A DNA stretch of 64,000 bases from NCBI GenBank assembly GCA_976551045.1, contig CDPCPM010000014.1, positions 10,664,001 through 10,728,000 on the forward strand. Direction: 5' to 3'. Numbering within the stretch: the stretch's first letter is position 1; each line of letters begins with the position of its first letter. The notes below the pieces were generated by a model. It did no database searches. It worked only from the letters and a program-made list of their open reading frames with translations, and was not told the DNA's origin. Source of the DNA: Glaucostegus cemiculus (lineage: Eukaryota). Shown here one piece after another: positions 1-12,650 of this stretch. The translations under genes and the position numbers were made by a program.

Positions 1-649
1 AGAGCAATAAGTCAGTGATATTCAACAAGTTTAAGGCCAGAAGGGGGAGTGTTGAATGAAAATTAGTTGAAGGGATGCTGAAAGTAGTTACTGACTGTCC
101 AGAGATGACTTCCAGCTGTGAGGAAAAAGGTTGTTAGTATTCTGTGTGAATCTATTCCAACACAGCATAATGTTGACATCGAATCATCAAAGGTTATGAG
201 AGAAAATAGGAAAAATCTTGACCAGTGGTCTAGAAAAGGAAATTGGAAGCTTTTTGGTCAGTAAATATAGTAGGGTAATAAAATGATTTCTTTGTACAGG
301 AGTCAATAGATGCATTTGATATATTTAACTGGGATGAATGGCCAATATATTGCTTTGCAAACATGACCGAGTGATGAGCCTGTGCAGATTGGAGGTTCTC
401 TGAATTATTTTCAAGCATCAGACTAAATTCCCTTCTTTAATGCGGGTAATAAAAAAGAACTGGGATCAGAAGCTACCCTGTTTTTTTCTATTACAACCTA
501 TTACTGCCTAAAACATACAGAGGAATGCATTAGCTAAACATGATCTTGTTTCTGGTCTGTCACATCAGTGGGCTATTTTGTGAACCATTTGCCGGGTATT
601 TTGCTAAAGGGAGCATTGTGTTCAAGTGTTTTTCATTAGTTTGGTTGTG

Positions 650-900
650 AGGGAACTTGGCAAGGCTCCATCTACTGCTTATTCCTAGTTGCCCAGAAAA
701 GACAGCTGTGGGCTATTCCTCAAACCACTGTAATACACAAAGTGATTGTGCTGCAACAGTAGTATTAAGTGGAACATCTGGACAGTGTGTGCTTTGGAGG
801 AGAACTTAGAGGTGATGTTCTTGCAATATTTCTGCATTTTCACTTCTACAGATAGAGGTCATGGGGAAATAATGTACTCTAAGTGCAAACTTGGCAAGTG
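650..900 (-). mobile_element. Highly decayed CR1-like LINE 3' fragment
   Basis: ggcaaggctccatctactgcttattcctagttgccc and ttggaggagaacttagaggtgatgttc resemble the reverse-complemented 3' end of a common chondrichthyan CR1-like LINE; no ORF remains. Confidence 0.35.
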
Positions 901-2047
901 GATTGAGCATTCCCTGGGCTGCGAAAACAGTAGCAACATTAGATGTTCAATCTAGTGTTGTACCAGGAGTACAAAACATTGGTATTGAACCTGTTGCCTA
1001 TTTTCAGTTTGATTTTCTTTTGACTAATTTCAGTGGGAGATATACTTCAACATCAGAACTGATACACCAATATAGTAAGTCAATTTGTTATTAAAAAAAA
1101 CATTAAGGGATTTTTTGCTTCAGCACAGCTTTTAGGTCATTAGTTGACATACTATTTTTAAGTTTCTATTTAACTATTTTACTATATCGACATATTTAAT
1201 TGGATTAATATTTGTGTCCAATAGTGATTATTAAAGTTCCATGTGTGGTATTGTGTAGTGTCATGTTAAATTCACTTATCTACTTTTTTGCACAAAATCC
1301 ACATTCTTCCTTACATGCACAATTGTTTCCATTATAGTTGTCGACTAACCAATGAAGTTTTGCAGTATAAAATCAAGGAGGCTATTGTAGGATTACCATT
1401 CTTTAAAGTATCATGTATTTATTTTTTGTGTATAATATTTATGTTATTTCAGATCTGAGATGTATTTTTTTTCTTTCACAGTTTCATTTGCCTAATAAAA
1501 CCTTTATTAGGTTGGATAGCTAAGGATTGATTACTAACCCTGTATTCCCAATGACGAGCTATGCTTGATGAAAATGTGGGATGTAGCATTGGAACTAAAT
1601 GATCACAATCTTTTAACTCTTCTCAACACTTTGCAATGATCAAAGGAAAGGAAGATTAGGCCAGGTGTATAATGACCAACCTATTCAATATTTCTTATTT
1701 TACATCATTGCTCAAAGTTAAATTAACCACTTTTGATAGCTGTTTACATAATTACCATGGAGGTTTTTCACAACTTGAGTGTTATATAACCAGAAATTTT
1801 TTTAAAAACTTACCTCATTGTAAAAGAGGCTCTTCTTTGATATGAAAATAGTAACTTTGCAGTCTTTAAGTTATATTGGATCACATCTCAGCAAGCCATG
1901 CAGAAACAATTCAGAAAAATGTTTTCAATGTTTTATTTTCATCCACTCAGTCAAACAAGTTGTTTTGAAATACTAACCACCAAGGGATTTACTTAATATG
2001 CAAATGTATTTAAGGTACTCAAGGGCATATGTCATATATAATCTGAC

Positions 2048-2086
2048 ATGAAATGAAACAAATGAAACAATGAAATGAAATGAAAT
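2048..2086. repeat. Imperfect (ATGAA)n microsatellite at the 5' junction of a CR1
   Basis: atgaaatgaaacaaatgaaacaatgaaatgaaatgaaat is read directly from the sequence. Confidence 0.85.
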
Positions 2087-2366
2087 GGAGTTAGGCAGGA
2101 GACTGAGGAACAGGACCTCGAGGGTAGTGATCTTGGGATTGCTGCCAGTGCCACGCTATAGTGAAGGCAGAAACAGGAGGAGGTGGCAGATAAATGCGTG
2201 GCTGAGAAGTTGGTGCAGGAGGGAGGGTTTTAGATTTCTGGATCATTGGGATCTCTTCTCGGGAAGGTGGGACCTGTACAGACAGGACGGGTTACACCCG
2301 AACCAGAAGGGGGCCAATATCCTTGCGGTTAGGTTTGCTAGAGTGGTTGCGGAGGGTTTAAACTAA
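2085..2366 (+). pseudogene. CR1 ORF1 C-terminal SGNH/GDSL esterase-like domain (5'-truncated)
   Basis: VVILGLLPVPR...INAWLRSWCRREGFRFLDHW...DGLHPNQKGANILA contains the SGNH block V DxxH motif; esterase-type ORF1 is established for CR1-clade elements. Confidence 0.88.
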
Positions 2367-2378
2367 TTTGTGAGGGGG

Positions 2379-5289
2379 ATGGGAACCAGAGGAGTAGGGC
2401 AGAGGAAGAAAGGGATGGAGAAGAATTGGATCGAGCAGATAGAGAGGCTTTGGGGAAGGAAAGGCAGGGTGCAGGCTATAAAAGTGGCAGTGGATGGACT
2501 GAAGTGTGTTTACTTTAATGTGAGAAGTGTCAGGAATAAGGGAGATGAATTGAGGGCTTGGATAAGTATGGGGGACTATGATGTTGTAGCTATAACTGAG
2601 ACGTGGCTGTCGTCAGTACAGGAGTGGATATTGAACATTCCTGGTTTTCAGTGTTTTAAAAGGGATAGGGAAGGGGGGAGAAGAGGAGGATGGGTGGCGA
2701 TATTGGTCAGGGACGATGTTACGGCTGCGGAAAGGGTGGATTTTGTGGAAGGATCCTCTCTTGAGTCGGTGTGGGTGGAAGTGAGGAACAGGAAAGGTGC
2801 GGTTACGCTGCTGGGAGTATACTATAGGCCCCCCGGTAGCAGTAGAGATATAGAGGAGCAGATTGGCAGACAGTGTTTGGACAGAAGCAAAAATAACAGG
2901 GTTGTAATAATGGGGGATTTCAACTTCCCGAATATAGACTGGGACATGCTCAGTGCCAAAGGTTTAGATGGGAACGAGTTTCTTAAGTGTGTCCAGGATG
3001 GATTCCTGATGCAGTATGTTGACAGGCCGACTAGAGGGAATGCGGTGTTGGATCTGGTTTTAGGAAATGAACCAGGACAGGTGAGGGATCTACTGGTGGG
3101 TGAGCATTTGGGGGACAGTGATCATTGCTCGATAAGCTTTAGAATTGTCATGGACAGAGGTAGGTGCAGAGAGGACAGGAAGATATTTAATTGGGGAAGG
3201 GCAGACTATGAGGCTATAAGGAGAGAACAAGGAGTGTAAATTGGGAAGTCCTTTTTGAGGGGAAGTGTACTGTGGAGATGTGGACGTTGTTCAGGGATGT
3301 TTTACAGGATGTTAGGGATAAATATGTCCCAGCAAGACAGAGGAGGAATGGCAGGGTGAAGGAACCATGGGTGACGAGAGAGGTGGAACATCTGGTTAGG
3401 AGGAAGAAGGCGGCTTACGTAAGGTGTAGGTGGCAAGGCTCGGATGTGGCCCGTGAGGAATATAGTATAGTGAGGAAGGAACTTAAGAAAGGGCTGAGGA
3501 GAGCTAGAAGGGGTCATGAAAAGATGTTGGCTCATAGGGTTAAGGAAAATCCCAAGGCTTTTTTCTCGTATGTTAAGGGCAGAAGGATGGCTAGGGTGAA
3601 GGTAGGTCTGATTAAGGATAAAGGTGGGAGGATGTGCCTGGAGGCGGCAGAAGTAGGGGAGGTTCTAAATGAATACTTCTCTTCCGTATTCACCAAGGAG
3701 AGGGGACTGGATGACACGACAGAGAGTGCTGGTAAGGGTAATGTTCTTGAGTGTGTAGCTATCGAGAGGGAGCAGGTGTTGAAATTGTTAAATAATATCA
3801 AGACAGATAAGTCTCCGGGGCCTGACGGTATATTCCCCAGGCTGCTTTGAGAGGCGAGGGAGGAGATTGTTGATCCGCTGGTGAGGACCTTTGAGTCCTC
3901 GTTGTCCACGGGGATGGTGCCGGAGGATTGGCGGGTAGCGGATGTTGTTCCCTTGTTTAAGAAAGGTAGTAGGGATAGTCTGGGAAATTACAGACCGGTG
4001 AGTCTCACGTCTGTGGTGGGTAAGCTGTTAGAAAGGATTCTGAGGGATAGGATCTATGAACACCTGGAGAGTCAGGGACTGATTAGGGACAGTCAGCATG
4101 GCTTTGTGAAGGGAAGATCTTGCCTCACGAGCCTGATAGAATTCCTTGAGGAGGTGACGAGGAAGCTTGATATGGGCAGTGCGGTGGATGTAGTCTATAT
4201 GGAATTTAGTAAGGCGTTCGATAAGGTTCCTCATGGCAGGCTTCTTCACAAGGTCAGAGGTCGAGGCATCCAGGGGAGTTTGGCTGTGTGGATCAGGAAT
4301 TGGCTTTCCTGTAGAAAGCAGAGGGTTGTGGTGGAGGGAGTGCCCTCGGATTGGAGGGCTGTGACTAGTGGTGTCCCGCAGGGATCGGTTCTGGGGCCTC
4401 TACTCTTTATTATATTTATAGATGACTTAGATGAAGGAGTGGAGGATGGGTTGGTAAGTTTGCGGTTGACACCAAGATCGGCGGTGTGGTAGATAGTGTG
4501 GAGGACTGTTGGAGCTTACAGAGGAATATTGATAGGATGCAGAGCTGGGCGGACAGGTGGCAGATGGAGTTTAATCCAGGGAAGTGTGAGGTGGTGCACT
4601 TTGGTAGGACGAACTCCAGGGCAGAGTATGAGGTAAATGGTAAGGTACTTGGTAGTGTAGAGGAGCAGAGGGATCTAGGGGTTCATATCCACAGTTCACT
4701 CAAAGTTGCCTTGCAGGTGGATAGGACAGTTAAGAAGGCTTATGGGATGTTAGCTTTTATAAATCGTGGGATTGAGTTCAAGAGCTGAGAGGTGATGATG
4801 CTGCTTTACAAAACTCTAGTTAGGCTGCACTTAGAATATTGTGTTCAGTTCTGGTCGCTGCATTATAGGAAGTATGTGGAGGCGTTGGAGAGGGTACGGA
4901 GGCGATTTACCAGGATGGTGCCTGGATTAGAGGGTATGGAATATGAGGAGAGGCTTAAGGTGCTCGGGCTCTACTCGTTGGAGAGGAGGAGGATGAGAGG
5001 GGACTTGATAGAGGTGTATAAGATATTGAAAGGAATAGATAGAGTTGACAGCCAGCGCCTCTTTCCCAGAGCGCAGATGCACAAGACAAGAGGGCATGGC
5101 TTTAAGATATTGGGTGGAAAGTTTAGGGGAGATGTCAGATGGAAGTTTTTCACCCAGAGAGTGGTTGGCGCATGGAATGCGCTGCCTGGGGTGGTAGTAG
5201 AGGTAGATACGTTGGACAGGTTCAAGAGATTGTTAGATAGGCACATGGAAGAATGTGGAATAGTAGGATATGTGGGAGGAAAGAGTTAG
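2379..5289 (+). pseudogene. CR1 ORF2 (apurinic endonuclease plus reverse transcriptase), disrupted
   Basis: APE motifs YFNVRS, ITETW, GDFNFP, SDH; RT motifs [25 protein letters not shown]. Frameshifts near 3230 and 4445, in-frame TGA stops at 3848 and 4786, and the catalytic FADD reads FAVD (tttgcggttgac). Confidence 0.95.
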
Positions 5290-6177
5290 ATTGTGAGAGG
5301 TTTGAAGGATGGCACAACTTGGTGGGCTGAAGGGCCTGTTTTGGGCTGTATTGTTCTGTGGTTCTAAAAATAAAGCCTATGCTGGGACAGATATTGCCAG
5401 GGAAAATTGGTGTACTTAAGTTTGAGTCTATGCTATCAGCTGAAACCTAATTTCTCCAGCTGAAATCCAATTTAGAAGGATCCCTACCTTCATTGCAGGG
5501 ACACAGGTATTAAAGCAAATTTTACAAAATTCTCATTAACTATGCAAAATGACATTAAATGCTGAACATCGAATTCCGAGTAAGCAGAGTGCTGCAAATT
5601 CAAAAGTGGGTAGGTTGGAGAAAGGAAGACCAGTGGAAAAATTGAGAGAACCAATGTCATATTGGTTGCTAGTGATGAATAGATCCAGGGAGGGGAAAAG
5701 GTCAGAGGAAGACCTCAAGGTGAAACAGGAACTCTGAAGTTGCAAGAAAAAGTCCACTATCTGCGATGAAAATGTTTGGCCAAAGAAATGGGTACAGAGA
5801 CAAAGGTAGGAGAAGAAGAATAGATTGAGGTGGAGTCATCACAAGAGGATGAAGGTGAGGCCTCTGTTTGTACACTGATAGTTCAGAATCAGGGAGATGG
5901 AAGATTAGAATGTAGTGAAAATGTGTGGAGAGATGGGCTAAGAGGAAAGTGAAGAGAGAAAAAAATCCAGTGGAATTTTAACATTCAAAAGTTGTTGGTG
6001 CTTGCAATCACTGATGGTGGAAAGGAAGGAAAACTTTCTTTCATTGAAGCACAGATTTAAAGAATGAAGTGCATTTGTAGACTAGTACATCTTTGGAGTG
6101 AGTAAGTGCTGTTGAAGAGAAATGTCAAGAGCATGCATTGAATTAAACAGTGCCAGATAACAGCCCTTCCAGTCTGT

Positions 6178-6310
6178 ATCAGAACTGGTCAGTTCTGACT
6201 TAAGGTCATCAACCTGTAATGTCAACTCAATTTTTCGCTCTCCACAAATGATCTACTGGACATTTCCACAATGCTCTTCTATTTCAGGTTTCCAGCAACT
6301 GCAGTGTTAT
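6178..6310 (+). mobile_element. PLE pseudo-LTR fragment (family A), decayed
   Basis: cagttctgacttaaggtcatcaacctgtaatgtcaact...tccacaaatg...atttcaggtttccagcaactgcagt matches the other pLTR copies in this window. Confidence 0.6.
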
Positions 6311-6485
6311 CAATCTCACAGTTCCAGCGCTTATTTTTGTTTTCTATCCTCCGTCATCATTTCTTTTAGTTTTGAATTCTTTAGACAGATCAGTTGTGAT
6401 TAACAAGTCTTCATCGATCTCTCTCAGCTAGCACCAACGTTATTTGTGCCACTCAGTCTCTCTACTGCAGGTACAGTAGTGTGTG

Positions 6486-6788
6486 GGCAGGCATGGTAGT
6501 GTAACGGTTAGCGTAACGCTATTACAGCGCCAGCGACCCGGGTTCAATTCTGGCTGCTGTCTGTAAGGAGTTTGTACACTCTTCCCGTGACTGTGTGGGT
6601 TTCCTCTGGGTGCTCCGGTTTCCTCCCACATTCCAAAGACGTATGGGTTAGCAAGTTGTGGCAAGCTATGTTGGCGCCAGAAGTGTGGCGACACTTACGG
6701 GCTGCCCCCCAGAACACTCTACTCAAAAGATGCATTTCACTGTGTGTTTTGATGTGCGTGTGACTAATAAAGATATCTGATCTTATCT
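6486..6788 (+). mobile_element. tRNA-derived SINE with V-domain
   Basis: A-box-like tggtagtgtaacgg, B-box gggttcaattc, V-SINE core gtgggtttcctctgggtgctccggtttcctcccacattccaaagac, tail aataaagatatctgatcttatct; a second copy lies at 54627. Confidence 0.92.
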
Positions 6789-6789
6789 A

Positions 6790-7010
6790 GTCTCTACCTT
6801 ATCAGAGACATTCCATTTGTTCTCCCTACCCTTCCTCTTATTCTGAAATTTAAAACATCCTTGACTTGTAACATCACATTGTTCTGATAAAAGGTCATTG
6901 GTCTGAAATGCTAGCGCTTCTCTTTTGTCAGATATTGCCTGACCTGCTGAGTGTTTCCAGCATTTTCTATTTTATTTCAGATTTCCAGTATCTGCAGTTT
7001 GTTTTTCCTT
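6790..7010 (+). mobile_element. PLE pseudo-LTR (family A), interrupted upstream by the SINE
   Basis: gttctgataaaaggtcattggtctgaaatg followed by gcctgacctgctgagtgtttccagcattttc...atttcagatttccagtatctgcag. Confidence 0.75.
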
Positions 7011-8374
7011 CTGCTGTAATTGCAAGTGTTGTAATCAATGTCCAAGCCCAGAGATCATAATAGGGAGCAACTTTTCTATTTACTGCCTCTGAGTTGCCAC
7101 ATGTGCTCTTCAAAATGTGGATTGAATATACACTCTGGGCAATCAAAACCCTGATTCTGAACTTAACAATGGCTTTTTGTTTACAAATGACCAATGATTT
7201 AACACCATTTGGCAAACATCAGTGATGTACATGGTTCACAATCCTTCAACATACATGAAATAATTAAGACTTCATGGTAAATTTGCTGTGGCTTCACACA
7301 GGCTGTTTTCCTGCTGCTCTAGCACTGATCAACTAGACGGGCCTTTTGTGTTGGTTGAAACTGAAAGTGATCTTCTGGATTTTCCACAGAAACAGAATTT
7401 TTTGAAGTTGATTTTGCTAACCTTTGCCACTAGCAAGGAACTTACTCTGGCTCCAGATACTTATCCTCCAGATAGCATTTCACACCTTAGCAATCTCACT
7501 GTGGTTCCTTTTCCAACTCATGCATTTGGAAGTCTACTAACATCTGTTCTCTGAGCTAATTTAAGAAGTATTTTTCTGTGTACATCAAAATACAGAAGAA
7601 CATATATTTTCGCATTTTTTTAAGAGCAGTCAGTCTGGTTGAAGTGACCGCACAGATATAGTTGATCAAATAGCTTTCTGTTGATCTTTAAATTCTGTGA
7701 TTATAGTATCTAGTTGTTCAGAAATTATTTCCATTCTGCCACTCAGAATGTTTATCCAAGCAGAATACAATGTAGTTACTTGTAGTGATGTGCATATTCT
7801 TGGTCTGTTCAATGTGTTTCAATCTCTCAACAAATCCCTCCATGAGAAGTTTCTCCCAAACTCTGCTGTCACTGTGACAATAATTTTAATTGATAACCTT
7901 CATTACTGATTCTTCAACTGGAGGGGATTATTCTTGCTCATTCTATCAAAATTCCCTGCAGCAGTCTACTTCAACTGAATTTGAGCCTTATTTTTCAATG
8001 ATCTCTCCAGCTCTATGCCCTTAATTATAAACCAGAAGTTTTGTTGACTGATTTGCACTCACCTTTTCAAGGTAATAAACATTTCAATTCCCAGGCTCTT
8101 CTGATCATCCACATCTTTCAGTATCTTTCCATTTTATCTTTCCACTATCTTTTGTTTGTTTATGCGTGGTGTATCTGCCACTCTTCTGTCCATTCCATGA
8201 ACATCTCCATTTCTGCCCTAAGTCCTTTACTGTCCCTCTCTATCATGCCTTTGTGCCATGAGGAAATTTTGATATCACACACCTTGTGCTAAAGTCCAAA
8301 TTATCAGTTTCTGTAAGAAAAGAACAGGCACATGATCCCCAACCATCTTCCTAGCTGAACAATAACTATTAAGT

Positions 8375-8915
8375 CAGAAATAACAACAGAATATGTGAGA
8401 AATACTCAGCAGGTCAGGCAGCACCTGTAGAAAGAGAAATAGAGATAAAATTTCAGGTCAGGGACTCTTCATCAGAACTGGGAAGTGAGAAGATAAGTTT
8501 TAAGTCATAGAGAGGGTATGGGAGGGATGGATGGGATAAAGTAGGTATCTCTGGTGGGGTGAGGCCAAAGTTGCCCAGATGACCCCAATGTTTACAGAGT
8601 CCTCTGCTTAATTAAATAATGAGAGTGGTTCAAGTGAGAGCAAACAAGCAAAGGGACATGTTAAAACTGAAGTGCAAGTCAGATTAATTGCTAAAAACTG
8701 AAACCAAAAGGATAATATTGCTGAAAAGGTCTAGCAGGTCAGGACGGTTTCTATAGTGAGAGAAGAACTGTTAAGGTTACAGAGGGATAATTTTGTATCA
8801 GAATAAGCCAGTTCTGCTGTAAACAGGAAAACAGGTTATCTAAAATTATTGAATTTGTTATTAAATCTTGAAGGCCACAGCATGTTCAGAGTGGAAGGTG
8901 AGCTGCTGTTCCTTG
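8375..8915 (-). mobile_element. PLE fragments (family A): pLTR, second decayed pLTR piece, endonuclease 3' remnant
   Basis: aaatactcagcaggtcaggcagcacctgtagaaagag at about 8400, a second agcaggtcagg at about 8733, and a decayed match to the GIY-YIG C-terminal coding end at about 8830-8915. Confidence 0.7.
8441..8480 (-). ncRNA. Minimal hammerhead ribozyme motif (PLE-associated); core intact, cleavage triplet lost
   Basis: Minus strand reads cagtt-CTGATGA-agagtccctgacct-GAAA-ttttatctct. Confidence 0.6.
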
Positions 8916-10035
8916 TTAAGCCATACCCCTTCTTTCATTTTTGCCAATGACTTTCTATCCACTGTGCTACATTACCTTGAGCATAATTTTCTCAACATGT
9001 AAGACAAAAAGCACTTACCAAAAGCTATCAGAACTTCATATACCTTGTATCTGTGGCATTACCTGTATAGAAGAAACAAATGAAAATTGTCAACACAAAA
9101 GATTTTCAGAAGTGAAGGAATGTGTGGAATGTTGCCTATTATAAGTGTGACTATGGAAAATCAAATAAATAGGAAGCTGATGGACCTCGGTGGAGGCTTT
9201 ATCTGACCAAGTTACATTTTTGTTTCATAATTTTTCATATCACTTCATTGGGATTGTTCACTACAGATTATATGCAGGCTCTGTTCATTAGAATATGGCT
9301 TGCATGCCATCGTGTGACATAGAATGGAGACACATATCTGAGGGTTTCTGTATTTGAAAAGTATTGTCTATATTTCCTCTTAGTTGCTAGCAGAAAGGAA
9401 CATGTAAAGCTGAAAAAGTCCTTGTAGAGTGAATGATACCACTTTCTACGTTCTTCTGGGAGTTATCACACATTGAAGATCATATCCATTGTACCTCTTG
9501 GTGGGCAAAATCTACACTCCATTTCAGGAAGCTGCACTTTGGTTATTGGGAGGAGGTGACTAGGACCCTGGCAATGACTTTCCCTGTGGCAGATAACAGA
9601 AAAACCATTTTCTTGTTACTGCAATTTGATCTGATTCCTTTCTTGAAAATTAATGATCATATTTTTACAAATGCAATACAAGTTTTTGAAGAGAAAGGAA
9701 GCATATTTCATCCTGGAACCTTTTGAAAGAAACTGAAATTCACAAGCAACTTCATAAGAAATTTTGCACCTCATGGTGCAGCACATTTAGGAAGTACACA
9801 TTGGAAAATTATGTACTTCTCGTGCATGTAACAACTTCCCATTCCAACCTCTTTACAAGAAGGAGAGACAAAACTCAACTTCATACATGTGTTACAGATC
9901 TTCTAAGAATGGGGGTGCCCTGGCAGATCAGTATAATGAACTAATTGGGTTGGTGCAGTAGTAAGAAACATAAATATTGGCAGGATTTTATTGGTACTTT
10001 ATACAGAGATAGCCTGGTAATTGGGAAGACACTTT

Positions 10036-11879
10036 ATAGACAATAATAGACAATAGGAGCAGAAGTAGACCATTCGGCCCTTCGAGTCTGCTCCGCCATT
10101 TTGAGATCATGGCTGATCCTCAACACTCAATATCCCGTTCCTGCCTTGTCCCCATATCCCTTGATTCCCCTATCTATAAGAAACCTATCTAGCTCCTTCT
10201 TGAAAGTGCCCAGAGAATTGGCCTCCACTGACCTCTGAGGCAGTGCGTTCCACAAACTCACAACTCTCTGGGAGAAGAAGTTGTTCCTCACCTCTGTCCT
10301 AAATGGCCTACCCCTTATTCTTAAATCATGCCCTCTGGTCCTGGACTTCCCCAACATCTGGAACATACTTCCCGTCTCTATCTTGTCCAATCCCTTAACA
10401 ATCTTGTATGTTTCAATCAGATCCCCTCTCAATCTTCTCAATTCCAGCATGTACAATCCCAGTCTATCCAACCTCTCTGCATAAGACAGACCCGACATCC
10501 CCGGAATTAACCTCGTAAACCTACGCTGCACGCCCTCCATAGCCAGGATATCCTTCCTTAACCCTGGAGACCAAAACTGTACACAATACTCCAGGAGCGG
10601 TCTCACCAGAGCCCTGTACAAATGCAAAAGAATCTCTTTGCTCTTGTACTCAATTCCCCTCGTAATACAGGCCAACATTCCATTAGCCTTCATCACCGCC
10701 TGCTGCACTTGCTCATTCACTTTCAGCGACTGATGAACAAGGACTCCTAGATCCCTTTGTACCTCCTCTTTACCTAACTCCACACCATTCAGATAATAAT
10801 CAGCCTTCCTGTTCCTGCTCCCAAAGTGGATAACCTCACACTTATCCACATTAAACTTCATCTGCCAAGTATCTGCCCACTCACACAACCTATCCAAGTC
10901 ACCTTGAATCCTCCTAACTTCCTCTACACATGTTGCACTGCCACCCAACTTTGTATCATCAGCAAACTTGCTAATGTTATTCTCAATGCCTTCATCTAAA
11001 TGATTAACATAGATGGTAAACAGCTGCGGTCCCAGCACCGAGCCCTGCGGCACCCCACTAGTCACGGCCTGCCATTCCGAGAAACATCCATTCACCCCTA
11101 CCCTTTGTTTCCTATCTGCCAACCAGTTTTCTATCCAAGTTAATACCCTCCCCCCAATTCCATGAGCCCTCATTTTACCCACCAATCTCCTGTGCGGCAC
11201 CTTATCAAATGCCTTCTGAAAGTCAAGGTATACAACATCCACCGAATCTCCCTCGTCTATTTTCCTGGTTACATCCTCAAAAAACTCCAGTAGATTAGTC
11301 AAGCACGATTTGCCCTTGGTAAATCCATGTTGACTCGACCCAATCCTATCATTGCTATCCAAATATGCCGCTATTTCATCCTTAATAATGGACTCTAGCA
11401 TCTTCCCCACCACAGACGTCAGGCTAACTGGAGGATAGTTCCCCGTTTTCTCCCTCCTTCCTTTCTTAAAAAGTGGGATAACATTGGCCACTCTCCAATC
11501 CTCAGGAACTGACCCAGAACCTAGGGAACATCGGAAAATGAACACCAATGCATCCACAATTTCTAGAGCCACCTCCTTCAGTACCCTGGGATGCAAACCA
11601 TCCGGTCCTGGGGATTTGTCAGCCTTCAGCCCCATTAGTCTACCCATCACCATTTCTTTCCTAATGTCAATCCACTTCATTTCCTCCATCACCCTCTGCC
11701 TTTTGTCCATCCGTACCTCTGGGAGATTTCTTACGTCTTCCCCAGTGAATACAGATCCAAAGTACTTATTAAATTCGACTGCCATCTCCCTGTTACCCGT
11801 AATAATTTCACCCAATTCAGTCTTCAAGGGCCCAACATTGTTCCTAACTAGCTTCTTTCCCTTCACATACCTAAAAAAG
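10036..11879 (-). mobile_element. CR1 LINE, young 5'-truncated copy (different family from 2085-5366)
   Basis: Open RT frame; minus-strand 3' UTR ...gaagggccgaatggtctacttctgctcctattgtctattattgtctat with a short tandem tail; abrupt end of homology at about 11879. Confidence 0.97.
10127..11878 (-). pseudogene. CR1 ORF2 reverse transcriptase, 583 uninterrupted codons, no endonuclease
   Basis: [31 protein letters not shown] and SKFADDTKL are all intact; the CR1 part starts at FFRYVK. Confidence 0.95.
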
Positions 11880-12426
11880 GTATCCCCAGTATCTCCTGCA
11901 GTAGCAGCTCCTGCAGTAAAACAGAATGGGGGAGCAAGAAAATTGACAACTACCCCCCCCCCCCCCAACCCATCACCATCACCACCTTCTACAAAATAAG
12001 GCAGGAGTAATGCTTTAATCAGTCTGCAGACAATGAATATTAGATTAAGGCTTTAATATAGTAACTCCATAGAGATTAAATGGCATAGGTTATAATAGTC
12101 AGTTGGAACGGTCAAATGAATCATTCCTAGAAAATGCTGCAATATATTTGCTTTAACCTGTGTCCTTTCCAATGGAATATTTTTATATAAGAGTACTCTG
12201 CCATTGTTATAGCCAGTATCTCATCTAAGTGGCAGTTGTTCACGTGAAGCCAGCAGATAAGTATGAAACAAGTCATCACAACTGGCATCACATCTAACCC
12301 TGGCACTGATGCCCATTCACTTATTTTCCAGTAGGAATTGGTTAGAGATAAAGAGCGACAATTTTGCCCCCACCCTCTTCCCTTTCCTTAAATGAAGGAG
12401 TACTGCCATTGGACAGACATCATTAG

Positions 12427-12650
12427 AGACAAAGAGACTGCAGGTGCTGAAATCTAGAGCAAAAAACAAACTGCTGGAAGAACTCAGCGGGTCAAGGAGC
12501 ATCTGTGGAGGCAAAGGGATGGTCAGTGTTTTGGGTCAAGATCCTGCAACTTGTCCTGATGTAGGGTCCTTGACCCAAAATGTCAACCACCCCTTTGCCT
12601 CTACAGATGCTGCTTGACCCGCTGAGTTCTTCCAGCAGTTTGTTGTTTTG
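12427..12650. mobile_element. PLE-derived fold-back mini-element (family B), about 85-bp inverted arms
   Basis: aacaaactgctggaagaactcagcgggtcaag... is the reverse complement of ...cttgacccgctgagttcttccagcagtttgtt, with a spacer of about 11 nt. Confidence 0.9.
12553..12587 (+). ncRNA. Decayed minimal hammerhead motif
   Basis: gtc-CTGATGt-a-gggtc-ctt-gaccc-aAAA-tGTC-aac; stem II is a perfect 5 bp; G12 lost at a CpG. Confidence 0.55.

Larger units (their letters stand above)
2085..5366 (+). mobile_element. CR1 LINE, 5'-truncated within ORF1, disabled
   Basis: ORF1 C-terminus, then APE and RT domains, then a 3' UTR ending gggctgaagggcctgttttgggctgtattgttctgtggttcta. There is a sharp switch to G-rich composition relative to the flanks. 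Confidence 0.97.

Noticed and set aside
1806-1816. Isolated strong minus-strand splice donors (also near 18276, 18982, 48976 and 50436)
   Set aside because: No matching acceptor or coding frame; such matches are expected by chance in 64 kb.
6486-6560. tRNA gene
   Set aside because: The A and B boxes belong to a SINE head that continues into a V-domain and has a second copy at 54627.
10127-11968. 613-aa ORF as a host or chimeric gene
   Set aside because: It is CR1 RT; the first 30 residues are read-through from flank with a TTG start next to a poly-G run.
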